From the NCBI GenBank assembly GCA_000004985.1, contig GG738887.1: DNA of 64,000 nt. One strand, 5' to 3'. The translations under genes and the position numbers were made by a program. Below the pieces are notes generated by a model, which ran no database searches, had not been told where the DNA came from, and saw only the letters and a list, made by a program, of their open reading frames with translations. This document shows, one piece after another, positions 32,430 through 44,087 of this stretch. The stretch comes from Naegleria gruberi (taxonomy: Eukaryota). How positions within the stretch are numbered: the first letter of the stretch is position 1; every line of letters starts with the position of its first letter.

Positions 32430-34802
32430 TTAATTTTGTAAAAATATTGTAGGATTTGTTATTTGGTCTAAAAGTTTGATTTTGATATCTGATAATGGAA
32501 ATAAAGATAAAAAGATATCCTTATTTTCTACAATAAATGTATAATGATCGAATTTTTCTCCATCTGGTAGCACCTCAATAACAATCACTGACTTGGTTGA
32601 TCTATCGACATTCTTTAGAGCTCTTGAAATTCCAGAACAAATTCTTGTAAAGTACACGTACTTTTGTGGAGTATAATCTTCGCCATTGCAAGTGTCTTTC
32701 TCATCTGGCCATCGAATATTATCCACAGTTCTGTTGAAGAAAGTTTTTTGAATGTATGAGGATAATATTGGAATAATAGGAAACATTGAAATACTAATCA
32801 ATTCCAAGACTTGGAAGAAATTAGATGAATAATCTTGCTTGAGTCTTCTCTTGAGTTTGGTTATCCTCTTCAGAGTAAGGAGAATATTACGAAAATCTTT
32901 CAGTATTTGATGGTAACCTTGGTTTTCATAATTTTTCTTAGAGCTTTCCATAAATTGATAGATTTGAATCTCAAATATTGATCCAATATATTTTCATGAA
33001 TTGGAAAGTGATCCTATTTTCTTACTCTTCCTCAGAATTTCTCCTAAAAGTGAATTAAGCATCATTCTATCATATTCCTTATCGTAGTTACGAATATTGG
33101 AAAAATTAAACATGTTGATAAAGTCTGGAAAACCAATATCATAATGAATCATTGATTTTGGAAATGACATAGACCTTCTTCTTGGATTATCTAAAGAAGG
33201 GAAATTATAATAAAGGAATCTATATGGTTGCTTTCTAAAATATGAAGAAAAACTTGCTAAAAAAAGGCCCTCTTTTTGATAGTTTAGGATGTGAATATTA
33301 GTGTGATGTAAAACTCTCTGTTGCAGAGTGTGGAAAATTGTTCCATTATGTGATTGACAGACAGGGTTTAGAATATACTCCCATATCTCATCAGTCAATT
33401 CGTCCAATCCAATGTGATTCTCCTTAAAGAAAATGAAACACAATATAAATGCGCTTGATATCAAATAATTGTACAAACGTTCTTTTGGTGTAAACTCTGC
33501 ATTTCTGGAAATAATAATCTTTTTCTTTCTTCTTATCAAGTTCTTAATTTTCATATCAGTGATTTGGTTATCAGGTAACCATTCTCTAATGCCATCGAGC
33601 ATTAAACACCACCTATTTTCTAATGATACTGTATTTTTTGTTGAATACGTTTCTCCAACAAATCCATAATCAAAGCCCAAATCTCTTTCAATTAGTATTG
33701 ATCTTACTCTTTCTGCAATTTCAAATTCATTACCTGGTTTCTTTTCTACTATTTTGGATCTCAACATCTTGCTGGAAATGTTTACATCAAGGTGAATTGT
33801 CACTGGTAAATCCAAGTTATGAATATTGAACACTTCTCTCTCATATTGTTTGCCAGCAAATGTTGTTTCAATATAATAATTAACTTCATCCATGGATTCG
33901 AACTTTCTAGAGTTGAACTGTAAGATTTCACGTTCTGATTGGTTTGGACAATACTTATCCAAGAGAGAATACCAGTAATTCGAATAGCAAGTGTTTAGCT
34001 TGTGAGTATAGTAGTTATTCAGAACAATGAAAAGATCATGTGGAATAATACTACAATTAACTCTAGCTTCACTAAAACAAATTGGACTCAATATCATAAG
34101 ACAACTTCCTATCCTTTGATTTTGAAGTGCTAAATTATCTGCAAAGTTTCTATTACACAATATTAATTCATTTCCATTTGTTTCGTACAGTCTCAACTCA
34201 TTGTACACTATTTCACAAACAACACAAGAAAACAAGTTTTGCAATCCACCATTACACACCACAGGAATATAAATAGGATAATCATTATATGATTCCAATT
34301 CCATTGGGTATGGCTTTTGTAAATACATTTTAACTATTGTTTTCTGTAAAACTTGCATTTGATAATTAGAATCAAATGTTGGTACTTTTTGAATTAATTT
34401 CCTCTTCCTCATTGCTCTGTGAACAAAATCTCCAAAACTCTGTAAGTAAGATTCAATTTCATCAAAGTAAATTCTAATATTCCTAGAAAAGTGTTGAAAA
34501 CAATGCAAAACAGATTGCTTGTACGAATCTGGGAGTTCCTCTCCATTACAACGTCTAATAATGATGATCGGAGTGCAACTTTCACCCTTCAATTTCTTTA
34601 ATTTATATTGAATATCGACTAATTGTGCCTGTCTATATTGATGAATAGTAAGATTGTGAACATCTTTATCCTCCACAATAATTGTGGTCGAGATGATCAT
34701 CATTGATTGAAGTGTATTATTATTGGGTATTAATTCTTCCTGTTCTTCTTCGTGATGACAATATTCTTTACCCTGCAAAATGTGTTCCATTTGTGATGAC
34801 AT
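32430..34802 (-). CDS. Hypothetical protein: 602-aa ORF (32994..34802) followed 42 nt later by a 173-aa same-strand ORF (32430..32951), possibly exons of one gene
   Basis: ATG at 34802. A GTAAGA sits about 20 nt before the stop of the first ORF, so a short intron could join the two. No recognisable domain. The gene borders a scaffold gap. Confidence 0.35.
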
Positions 34803-34839
34803 TTTTTTTCTGATTGAGATGGTTGGAGGGAAATTGGTT

Positions 34840-34924
34840 NNNNNNNNNNNNNNNNNNNNNNNNNNNNNNNNNNNNNNNNNNNNNNNNNNNNNNNNNNNNN
34901 NNNNNNNNNNNNNNNNNNNNNNNN
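34840..34924. other. Assembly gap (85 N)
   Basis: Run of n read directly. Confidence 1.
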
Positions 34925-35317
34925 TGCCAGATTGTTTAATCGTTTTTTGAAATTGCCAACAATTACAAGATCAGTTATTTAGCAGATGCAAATATTAAAT
35001 CCAACAACACAGAAAGTACTGATTCTGTGTGTATCTATAATGCTGAGATAGAGATTGGGATGTTACTTTCAAGACATTCCTCCAATAATTTGTGTTGAAT
35101 AGTCAAGGACTAATTTTTGATCTCCATTTACTCTAGTGTAGTGTTGCTAAACAATTCCAATTCCAATATCCGAGTGTATCCGATTTAATAATCCTCTGAA
35201 ATGAATAAAAATTACCAAAATGACGAGAAATTCATATTCTTGTTGGTATTTTTTTTTATTTTGAAAATAAAAATTACAAAAAAATGGATTTAACGGAAGA
35301 GGAACATTTTTCTACCT

Positions 35318-36802
35318 TTGCCAAACTTTCCCACTTTCTCATCACCTATGAAACATGTTTTAATATTCGGAGGAGGCAACAAGTCAAATTTTGAGGAAAA
35401 ACTTGTTGATTTCTTCATATTCAATCATTTTGAAACAACCATTCCGGAGGAGTGGAGAAGTGATTTGATGAATATGAGTACGAGAGAATTAATGGACATG
35501 TCTCAATTCTCCAATATTGAAAATATTAAAAATCAAAAATTGAAGGAATTTGTGGAGGCTTGTAGAGATTTGTTTGTTTCGGAAAAGATTACTTCTCCAA
35601 CGGGTCAACAAGATAATAAAAAGAAGAAGAAATTAAAGAGTTTGGAAAAGGGATTAAATCCTAAAAAGAAATATGAAATTGAAAGGCTGAGTAAATGTAT
35701 TAGAGATTTGTCCAAGACAAGTAATTGTAATAGTATTTGTGATATTGGAGGAGGACAAGGTTATTTGAGTCAGAAAATATTGATTGACCAATCAGTGGAA
35801 AATGATTCTAATATTTCTTATATTTATAATATTGATTGTAATGGTTATTTGACAGAGAATGCAATGAATAGAATTAAGATGGTTAATTCTGTATTGGATA
35901 AATATCATCAGGATGAAAAGATGCATCAATGTTCATATAATGCCATTACCTCACATTTATCCTTCTCATTGAATGATGAGGAATTTTCACAGATTGTAAA
36001 TGAATTGGAAGGACTCGTTGCTACAAATGACGATTTGCGAATGCTCATGATTGGACTTCACACATGTGGACCTTTGGCTAGTTCTATTATCAAGCTCTTC
36101 TTGCAATCGAATATGTGTCATTCATTAGTGAATGTTGGTTGCTGCTATCATAAATTAAAGGAAGGATCAAGCTTTCCACTTTCTTCCCACTACAAGAACA
36201 ATAACAAGATTTACATGTCCAATCTTGGTAAATCTATGGCATGTATTAATCCATTCAATTGGTCTCACTCCAATATGAAGGAGTGTAATGAACAATTCAG
36301 ACTTAAGAGTTACAGATATGCTTTCCAGTACTTGCTCAATTCATTACTTGGGTATGAAAATTCAACGGACCTAATCGTGAGACAAGCATCTAAAACCAAC
36401 AGTACAACATTTGGCACTTTTGCTTATCATACACTCCAGAATTTATTCAAAGATTATCCAACCATTTCTGAAAATCTTCCTTTAGAATTGACTTCAGCAA
36501 GTGTAGATTCATTTACACAAAAGTACAATGAGTATTACCAGTCGGAATTTAATCCTAATGAACATGATGTAGTGAAACAGGTGGAGGCATGTTGGTTTTT
36601 CAGAAGTCTTATTGGACCAGTTATTGAACACTACATTCTTTTGGATCGTTTATTATTCATCCATGAACACAGCAACACTATGATCAAGAAGGTTTATTTA
36701 GAAAGAATTTTCACACCATCAATTTCACCAAGAGGTGTTGTACTAGTTGCCATCAAGAAGGAAATTGATGAAGTTGATGAAATTTCGACTTCTAGCATTT
36801 AA
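35318..36802 (+). CDS. METTL25/Rrg1-family SAM-dependent methyltransferase-like protein
   Basis: Motif I is ICDIGGGQGYLSQ (human METTL25 VIDLGSGKGYLSS). Downstream conserved blocks are LMIGLHTCGPLASS, NVGCCYHKL and YILLDRLLFIHE. The N-terminus is uncertain: an ATG at 35284 in another frame encodes FAKLSHFLITYE, which also resembles the METTL25 N-terminus, so a small intron or an indel may be present. Confidence 0.65.
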   Translation: MPNFPTFSSPMKHVLIFGGGNKSNFEEKLVDFFIFNHFETTIPEEWRSDLMNMSTRELMDMSQFSNIENIKNQKLKEFVEACRDLFVSEKITSPTGQQDNKKKKKLKSLEKGLNPKKKYEIERLSKCIRDLSKTSNCNSICDIGGGQGYLSQKILIDQSVENDSNISYIYNIDCNGYLTENAMNRIKMVNSVLDKYHQDEKMHQCSYNAITSHLSFSLNDEEFSQIVNELEGLVATNDDLRMLMIGLHTCGPLASSIIKLFLQSNMCHSLVNVGCCYHKLKEGSSFPLSSHYKNNNKIYMSNLGKSMACINPFNWSHSNMKECNEQFRLKSYRYAFQYLLNSLLGYENSTDLIVRQASKTNSTTFGTFAYHTLQNLFKDYPTISENLPLELTSASVDSFTQKYNEYYQSEFNPNEHDVVKQVEACWFFRSLIGPVIEHYILLDRLLFIHEHSNTMIKKVYLERIFTPSISPRGVVLVAIKKEIDEVDEISTSSI

Positions 36803-36844
36803 TCGAACTGTCATTGATACTTTTGAATACTATTTAAATTTAAT

Positions 36845-37600
36845 ATGTTGAACTTTTTCACAATCAAAAAAAAAATGAATCAAAAACAACTTGAAGAAAA
36901 GGCCCTCTCACTCATCACTGCACCTGATCACTATGATTTGTTTTTAGAAATTGTCAAGGAAGGACGAATGAAAAGAAAACCAGTTTGGAAGGGATTAAAA
37001 ACTGGCGTTCCACACGATTGTCTCTCTGATAAATGTCTCAGAAAGTGGTCTCCACCACCATATCAGGTTATTGTAAATGATGATTACTATTGTCCATCAT
37101 GTGTATTGCACCATCGGAATAATATGAATAGATTTAAGGAGGGTCATCTGGTATGGTCTTCACATGTACCAAATACTTTTTATTTATTCCAAATTACAGA
37201 TCCACAAACAAATAAGAAACTATTCAAATTTGGAAGAACACAACACCTTGATTCTCTGAAAAGGTATTCTACAGCAGAATTGAAAGGTTATGACATGAAA
37301 TTATTATTGCAATTGAGAGGTAGATTAGAAACCATGACACAAATAGAGAATTGGTGGAAAGAACAAGCAGAGTTAATGGATTTGTTTTCTCGATTTTCTG
37401 ATGAATCTTTTCATGGACTTACTGAATGTTTAGAAATGGATGAAACATCATTGGAGGATTTTATGGCCTATAGTAATGCGATTGAGAAGTCTGATAGGTC
37501 AAAGTTTGAGGAGTGGAATCGTCAATACTGTGAAAGGTTGCAACAATTTATAGATAAAAGAGTTTCGTCAACAATTGGAGAACAATCCAATGTTGAATAA
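36845..37600 (+). CDS. Hypothetical protein of 251 aa
   Basis: ATG at 36845. A Cys/His-containing segment (CLSDKCLRKWSPPPYQ…YYCPSCVLHH) may be a zinc-binding module. No confident family. Confidence 0.35.
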   Translation: MLNFFTIKKKMNQKQLEEKALSLITAPDHYDLFLEIVKEGRMKRKPVWKGLKTGVPHDCLSDKCLRKWSPPPYQVIVNDDYYCPSCVLHHRNNMNRFKEGHLVWSSHVPNTFYLFQITDPQTNKKLFKFGRTQHLDSLKRYSTAELKGYDMKLLLQLRGRLETMTQIENWWKEQAELMDLFSRFSDESFHGLTECLEMDETSLEDFMAYSNAIEKSDRSKFEEWNRQYCERLQQFIDKRVSSTIGEQSNVE

Positions 37601-37727
37601 ATGGAATTGATCAATACACTGAATGTTGACGAAACTCTTTCGTACGAATATTAGCATAATCACAGCTGAGAATAAATGTTAATAGTTTCATTAATCCACC
37701 AAAAAGAAGAAAATTCGGTTCTAATTT

Positions 37728-38471
37728 GTGATAGATATAGAAGGTGGTCTCACAGATGGTTACAAAAACGACAAAAAAAACAAATCAACAATGAATTTTC
37801 TCTTTGGAATAGGTTCTGATAACCCAAACTCTTTCAGCTTGTCAAATTTTGGGGCTTCTTTAGGATTAAATGTAAATGATCATCACTCAAGTGCCAGTGT
37901 TAACATGAATCTGCCTAATCTACCTCCTACTCCTTATCATCATCCTCCTAATATGATCATACCAAGTCAACCACAATATTACCATCACCATTATTATCAT
38001 GAAATGCCACCAATGGGTATGAACATGAGTATGCCAGGTTTTGGAATTTCACTTCAAACCAACATGTGTCAAGTGCCACCACCAATGGGAAATGCTCTCG
38101 CTCAACAAATTATTGCAGCTCTTAGAAATTCCTCATTCAAAGGAGAAATGTACAATGCTGTACAAACCTATTCTTCATCTCTTCATTGTCCAGTGAGTGG
38201 ATCAGATTTGTGTACAATTTTGGGTTTCTTTGATTTTGACAATGACAAGTTCAATACTATTATTCAATTGAAACAAACAAATAATATTGCACAAATGAGC
38301 GCCTATGAAGCAAGCAATATTATGAGATTGTTTGATTTTGATAATTCTAGATTGAATGCTTTGCAATTGCTCGTCACTTTTATTTATGACAGAAGAGTGG
38401 CAGCTGAGACAGTTGCTGGTACATTTGATTTTGATCCAACAAGAGCCAGAAACATTCTCCTGACTCAATAA
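37728..38471 (+). CDS. Hypothetical protein with H/Y/P/M-rich prion-like N-terminus and three C-terminal FDFD repeats (DUF4476-like)
   Basis: Repeats are LGFFDFDNDKFNTIIQLKQ, MRLFDFDNSRLNALQLLV and AGTFDFDPTRARNIL. A likely alternative start is the internal Met at about 37791 (MNFLFGIGSD). Confidence 0.45.
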   Translation: MIDIEGGLTDGYKNDKKNKSTMNFLFGIGSDNPNSFSLSNFGASLGLNVNDHHSSASVNMNLPNLPPTPYHHPPNMIIPSQPQYYHHHYYHEMPPMGMNMSMPGFGISLQTNMCQVPPPMGNALAQQIIAALRNSSFKGEMYNAVQTYSSSLHCPVSGSDLCTILGFFDFDNDKFNTIIQLKQTNNIAQMSAYEASNIMRLFDFDNSRLNALQLLVTFIYDRRVAAETVAGTFDFDPTRARNILLTQ

Positions 38472-38526
38472 GGCCATATTTTTAGTAGTTGGTACATCAA
38501 ATAGATATGAAATAAATTCATCAAAA

Positions 38527-39309
38527 CTATATTTGCAGGAAATCATTTAAAATTTCCAAACAATGCTTTTTGTCTAGGTTGTAAATTTTGTTGATAATTG
38601 TTTCTTGATTCTCTTGTCGTGCCTTTTCATTTGAAGTGAATGTAAAGGCATTATTCAACTCTAGACTCAAATAATCATAGACGCGAATAACATCCATACT
38701 ACTTTCAAACCACAATCTACACTTGTAGATTATATTAAGCAACAGTAATGGTCTGGATGGATGAGATAATGAGTTTTTTGACACTTTTCTCGCTGCATAT
38801 ATTCTCATATAAAGGCATTCATCAAATAATAGATGTGGTAGTGATTTTTCAGGACAACCAATACCAAATGCAAATGTTGAATGACATCTTGAGCTCTTTG
38901 GTGGATTTTTAATAGTAAAAGAGTATACAAGAAAGTTGTCTGTGTTGTAATTTCTAATGTCCAACAAGTGATGTTTCACTGGGTCAGATATATTAAGGGA
39001 AATGTCTTTGGAAACTTCCTTACACCATGGCTTTAAAGGTGGTTGTTCTTCTTTTATGGGAGTTTTAAAGAGCTGCATAATGGACTCCTTAAAACCTTTT
39101 GATGTTTCCGATAGTTGGCTTCTCTCACCCGAAAGTAATTGATTTGGCTCAACAGTGGAACATAAAATTTCCCATGTATCAGAATTTCCGTAATTGTTTG
39201 CTATTGATATAAGGACTGAGTCGCTCTGGTATAAAATGTCGAGCCCTTTGTTGTGGCCTGCAATTATCGACAAAAAGGAAAAATCAAAGAATGCCATTTT
39301 TTTAAGCAA
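38527..39309 (-). CDS. Hypothetical protein of about 255 aa
   Basis: ORF with no recognisable motif; Cys-containing. Codon usage matches neighbouring genes. Confidence 0.3.
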   Translation of the reverse strand: MLKKMAFFDFSFLSIIAGHNKGLDILYQSDSVLISIANNYGNSDTWEILCSTVEPNQLLSGERSQLSETSKGFKESIMQLFKTPIKEEQPPLKPWCKEVSKDISLNISDPVKHHLLDIRNYNTDNFLVYSFTIKNPPKSSRCHSTFAFGIGCPEKSLPHLLFDECLYMRIYAARKVSKNSLSHPSRPLLLLNIIYKCRLWFESSMDVIRVYDYLSLELNNAFTFTSNEKARQENQETIINKIYNLDKKHCLEILNDFLQI

Positions 39310-40166
39310 TTCTTAATTCATTCATATTGGAAAATTCACCATTAGTGAATTTTATTGATGATCACTAAGATTTTTTTCCTTAATGATCGGAATGACGATA
39401 TTGCTGATAAAATAAATGATAAAGTGAAAGTTCCAGAACTCAAATTAAGTGGAAAATTTCCAATCACCATTACACAAGATGAGAACTTGAAGATTATGAT
39501 GAAGACAACAACAACTAGTGGTGAATGTTTCAACAATACACCTTACTGATAAGGAACCAACAACAATGGAAAAACAATTAGACACAACAATTAACAATTG
39601 AAGTAATTAGAGGCTTAACATTCTCATCCACTGAAAAATCAAATGAAACAATATCCAGTGCCACCAATTCACTTTGGAAAGGAAAAATCCAGGACAACAT
39701 TTGCACGATAAGAATGAGATAGCTCAATTTTTATTGATCTACTTGTTCAGTTAGCAAATCTGATAAAACTGCAACCTTATTCACAACGATATCAACCCCA
39801 AAATATGATAGATACTACTTGTTTATCGATTATGATTCTAATAAATTCTAGGACTGTAGATTGATACAACAACAGAAGAAACAAACAAATTAATCAACAA
39901 ATTAGGAAGATATTTGTAAAGTTTGGAAATCTAATTGGTTACTCCCTCCCACAATTTATCCGAAATGGTTAACTATCATAACCATCACTTAGCGTGATAA
40001 GGAAACAAAAGAAAATGTTCGACAATCATCGAGTCTTTTACCCACTCCAGAGCAGGCTCTTTCGAATCCTCTTCCTTCTCCTTCCACTTTTATTTTACTG
40101 TTCATGTGAAATTATGAAAATCACAAGTGAATTGACTAGATCAAATACTCAACAAATGATGAATAG

Positions 40167-40391
40167 NNNNNNNNNNNNNNNNNNNNNNNNNNNNNNNNNN
40201 NNNNNNNNNNNNNNNNNNNNNNNNNNNNNNNNNNNNNNNNNNNNNNNNNNNNNNNNNNNNNNNNNNNNNNNNNNNNNNNNNNNNNNNNNNNNNNNNNNNN
40301 NNNNNNNNNNNNNNNNNNNNNNNNNNNNNNNNNNNNNNNNNNNNNNNNNNNNNNNNNNNNNNNNNNNNNNNNNNNNNNNNNNNNNNNNNNN
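40167..40391. other. Assembly gap (225 N)
   Basis: Run of n. Track ORFs 39994..40437 (+) and 40136..40483 (-) are artefacts spanning it. Confidence 1.
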
Positions 40392-40448
40392 TTTATATCA
40401 TCTCTCAATAATGGTACTGTTAAAACAATTGGAATAACTTTTGTAATA

Positions 40449-43400
40449 ATGGCATCTGACAATAATTTTTGTGATTTCCACATGACAACACTGTATGATT
40501 CATTGATTAATTATGAATTATTCTTTGTAAAACATCAGGCTGTGGCAAATGTGGTTTTGTCCTGTCAAAAGACAAATGGAACTAATTTATTTGAGGAGAG
40601 AGCTGACATTTCACATTTATACTTTCAAAAGTTGGTATTCTATATGATTGTAATGAAGAGTTGCTCACCCATGTCCTTATCATTGATTCAAAGTCAATGG
40701 TCATCTGTAGGATTTTTTATTCAGTCATTTACAGAAAAGTCCAGTTGTTTAAACGAAACTCAACCTTCTATATTTGGAAATGTACTAATTGACAGCTCCC
40801 ACATTTCAAATTCTGTAATATTTTTCAAATACTCTAATCTGATTAGGTTGAATTATGTTTCCATCATGGAGATTGTGCATTGTCTTTTAGTTTCTCTGAA
40901 AAATTACTCGCCACAAATATCCTATTCGATTCCACAGGAATGTTCTTCACTGAGAGAGTGAAACAACTACATTTCTCCAATTACCAAAGTATTGGTAGGA
41001 CCTCAAGAACATACTTGACAGCATTTGGTAGAATTGTGATGAAAAACTCCATTTTCAGAGATTATGTCTATAACTTTCCATCACTCATTATTGAGAATGG
41101 AAATGTTGCTCAATTGAGTGAAATAGTTGCTTTATCCAATACTATTTGGGCTTCTTTTAGATATATTGATAATTTTTCTTTAAAGAATGTCAAAGTGACT
41201 GGAAATCAAATTGTGAATGTCAAAATGACATCTGATAGTCCAATAACAATTACTAATTGCAATCAGATTACAATTGCTGACTCTTTCTTCAACAAGAACG
41301 TTGGATACATTGGAGGGAGTATCCTAATTAATGAATATATCAATATTGACCTGTTTAACAACACCTTTACAAATTGTAAATCTTTTAAAAAAGGAGGAGC
41401 CCTCAATATTGAAAACTATCAACAATCATCACTCATTACTCAAAGTACTATCAATATCATGAGCAATACCTTTGAAAATAATTGGAGCTCAACTGTTGGA
41501 GGTGCCATTTCAATTTTAACAGCCAATCAACTCTATGTGAAAAATAACATTTTCAAAAGAAATGCTGCAAACTCTGCAGGTGGAGCATTTGCCATCACGA
41601 CACATGTCATTAAAGGAGAGTTGGAATCGTACTTTGAAGATAACAGTGTCACTGGCTCATTTCATTCCTTGAATAATTCACAATACTCCTCTGATTCGAA
41701 TCTTTATTTGATGGGAGCTGGTGGAGCTTGTTTGATTCTAAATATGCCGCAGTTTAGTTTTGTCATATCTAGATCTGTATTTGTGGGAAATGAGGCTGAG
41801 AAAGGAGGAGCTGTTGCATGTGGAGCTGACTCGTTGAAAACATCTAAACAGTTAGTTCAAGAATGCAAATTTAGTGAAAATAGAGCTTCCAAAATAGGAA
41901 ATGCTATTTATTTTATTAGACCACAAAGTGTAAACGTAATTGATCAGGAAGTGAGTGGAGATCAAGAGTTATTCTCCTCAACTCCTACAGTTTTTGAAAT
42001 TTTAGAAATGCAACCAAATATAGTATTCCCTGGACAATCAATTTCCTTAACAGTATATTTGGAGAATGTTTTTGGAAATGTTGTGAATGTCACTACTCAA
42101 AATATAATGTTCAGTGCTCAGGATGTTTTTGAAACTTTCCTTAGATATTCACCAAACAGTAATTCCTCATTATTATTTACTCCCTATGCCAAAACAAGTA
42201 ATGTCAAAGATTCTGTTCAGAATTTAACACTTTACTCTGAAGATGGTCGATTGAGTAGAGTTTTATCCTTCACACTAACTGATTGTCCTTCGGGGTTTAT
42301 CATGGAAAAGACAGTTTTCAACTCATTGTTGGTATACGAATGTAAAATTGACACTCGACTGAATGTCAAGTTACTAATTGGTCTCATTGTTCCTCTTGGA
42401 CTCATTGTCTTGGTGATTGGTATCATAATCGGCTTGCTGACCTTCTTAATTATCAGATTTGTCTTTGCACAATTGAAAATGTTAAGAGAAAAACAAAAAG
42501 CAGAAAAAAGTTTGGAAATGCGAATAATTGACAAGAAGGTCATTTTCAATTCTTTTGAAAATACATCACATAATGATTTATCAATTCCATTAATTGATGA
42601 TTCAGCTGAAAAGGAAAAGAAACCATCTTTTATTATTCCAATAGAAAGTATTGAAATTATTCGAAAGCTGGCTGAAGGTGGTTTGGGAATTATTTATCTT
42701 GGTAAATTGTGGAAGAAAATTAACATTGCCATCAAATTATTGAAATCAGACGAGCAAGATGATGAATTTGAACAGGAAGTTTCACTTCTGAGCTCTTTAA
42801 GACATGACAATATTGTGACATTTTATGGAATTTGTGTCACTGATCAAGGAAAGTACATGATAACAGAGTTTGTGGAGAAGGGATCGCTCGATAGGACTCT
42901 ATACAAGGCAAGAATAGGTGAAATTGATTTGTCTCTCCATCAAAAGATTTCCATTCTCATAGCTACAGCCAAGGGAATCGAATATCTTCATTCATTAACC
43001 CCAGTAGTTGTGCATCGTGATTTGGTAAGTTTCTTAATTACAGTGGAATAATTAGTAATTGTCAACAGAAACCTGGAAATATCCTACTAGACGATAAGAA
43101 TATTGCCAAGATTTGTGATTTTGGCTTGTCAAGAGTTGTGTCAACCACAACAATGCAAAGTGTCATGACTACCAATTTGGGAACTTTATTCTATTGTCCA
43201 AGGTATGTTGTTTTTTGTTAACATTTGTTGACATTTTTGAAAGTGAGGTGATTGAGGGACCAACTGAAACAAATTTGGCCTCTAAACAAACAGCTACAAA
43301 GATAGATGTCTATAGTTTTGCAATTATCATGTGGGAAGTTTTTTTCGAGCTGGTTCCTTACTCTACAAATGTCGAAAAATTGATTCCACAATTTGAAATT

Positions 43401-43682
43401 TCCAAGCAAGAGGAAGAAGCTCTCAAAATTAATGGTTTCAACATTCCATATTATGTAGTGAAGGGTGTGAGACCATTTATTCCTTTCAAAACTGATGAGC
43501 AAATACGAAAGTGGCTGGAACTCTACATGCCAAACGAATTGAAAAATTCAGAAATTATTCTAATTGTTAAGACTTATTTCACAATAATGAAACAAGCATG
43601 GTCTCACAATGCCACAAAAAGACCTACCATCGATTCAGTTCGATCAGAATTGGAACAATTGGAAGAATTGTTAAGAATCTAA
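40449..43682 (+). CDS. Receptor-type TKL protein kinase with Pmp-like parallel beta-helix repeat ectodomain
   Basis: Exon model 40449..about 40900 (frame break relative to 40880..), then join(40880..43024,43069..43202,43244..43682) with introns of 44 nt (GTAAGT...CAACAG) and 41 nt (GTATGT...GAAAG). The ectodomain has repeated GGA[IL]/FxxN units (GGSILINEYINIDLFNNTF, GGALNIEN, GGAISILTANQLYVKNNIFKRNAANSAGGAFAI, GGACLILN, GGAVACGAD). The TM is LLIGLIVPLGLIVLVIGIIIGLLTFLII. The kinase has ILGKLW..IAIKLL, HRDLKPGNILLD, DFGLSR and VYSFAIIMWE. Confidence 0.7.
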
Positions 43683-44087
43683 TTTCAGAAAATTATTAAA
43701 TTAATGTAAATTCAGACAATGGAGGGAATATTTAACTTGGTTGCCTTTTATAAAAAGCGAGCCTCTCTTGAAATAAACTCTCCTCTGAAATATCAGAATT
43801 ATTCAGATCAAAAACATTCATTTTGTCCATTCCACATTGTTTGAAATACACTCGAAATTCCACTTCCAATTTTTCTTACTAGATTATTCATACCAATCTG
43901 ATCGAGTGAAATATAGAGTGATTCATCGACATGGCTTACAGAAGGATCTGTCAATTTGGTTGAGTCAATTTCTAATAGTTTTTCACTCAATCCCTCAAAA
44001 TATCATTCCACTCGAACAGTGGTTGGAGAAGGGTTTTTCAATATTATGGTGGATAATTTCCATATTAGATGAATTGAGGTCTATGTT

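Noticed and set aside
28221-34802. Retrotransposon or DNA-transposon candidates among the large unannotatable ORFs (28221-31925, 32430-34802)
   Set aside because: I found no reverse-transcriptase (YxDD), RNase H, integrase (HHCC/DDE), transposase or gag zinc-knuckle motifs. There are no flanking direct or inverted repeats. They are treated as lineage-specific host genes.
35284-35400. Alternative METTL25 start at ATG 35284 joined by a 27-nt intron
   Set aside because: A 27-nt intron is shorter than any confirmed here (36 nt or more). The frame conflict is more likely an indel, so the model was left at the track ORF with a note.
39994-40483. ORFs 39994..40437 (+) and 40136..40483 (-) containing long runs of X
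   Set aside because: They span the 225-N scaffold gap and are artefacts of translating N.
6292-40961. Programmed ribosomal frameshifting (Euplotes-style +1 at AAA-TAA) as the explanation for the four out-of-frame ORF overlaps
   Set aside because: Shift directions are mixed (+1, +1, -1, -1). The stop contexts are CTG-TAA, AAC-TAG, GCT-TGA and GAG-TGA, with no shared slippery motif. Draft-assembly indels or pseudogenisation are more parsimonious.
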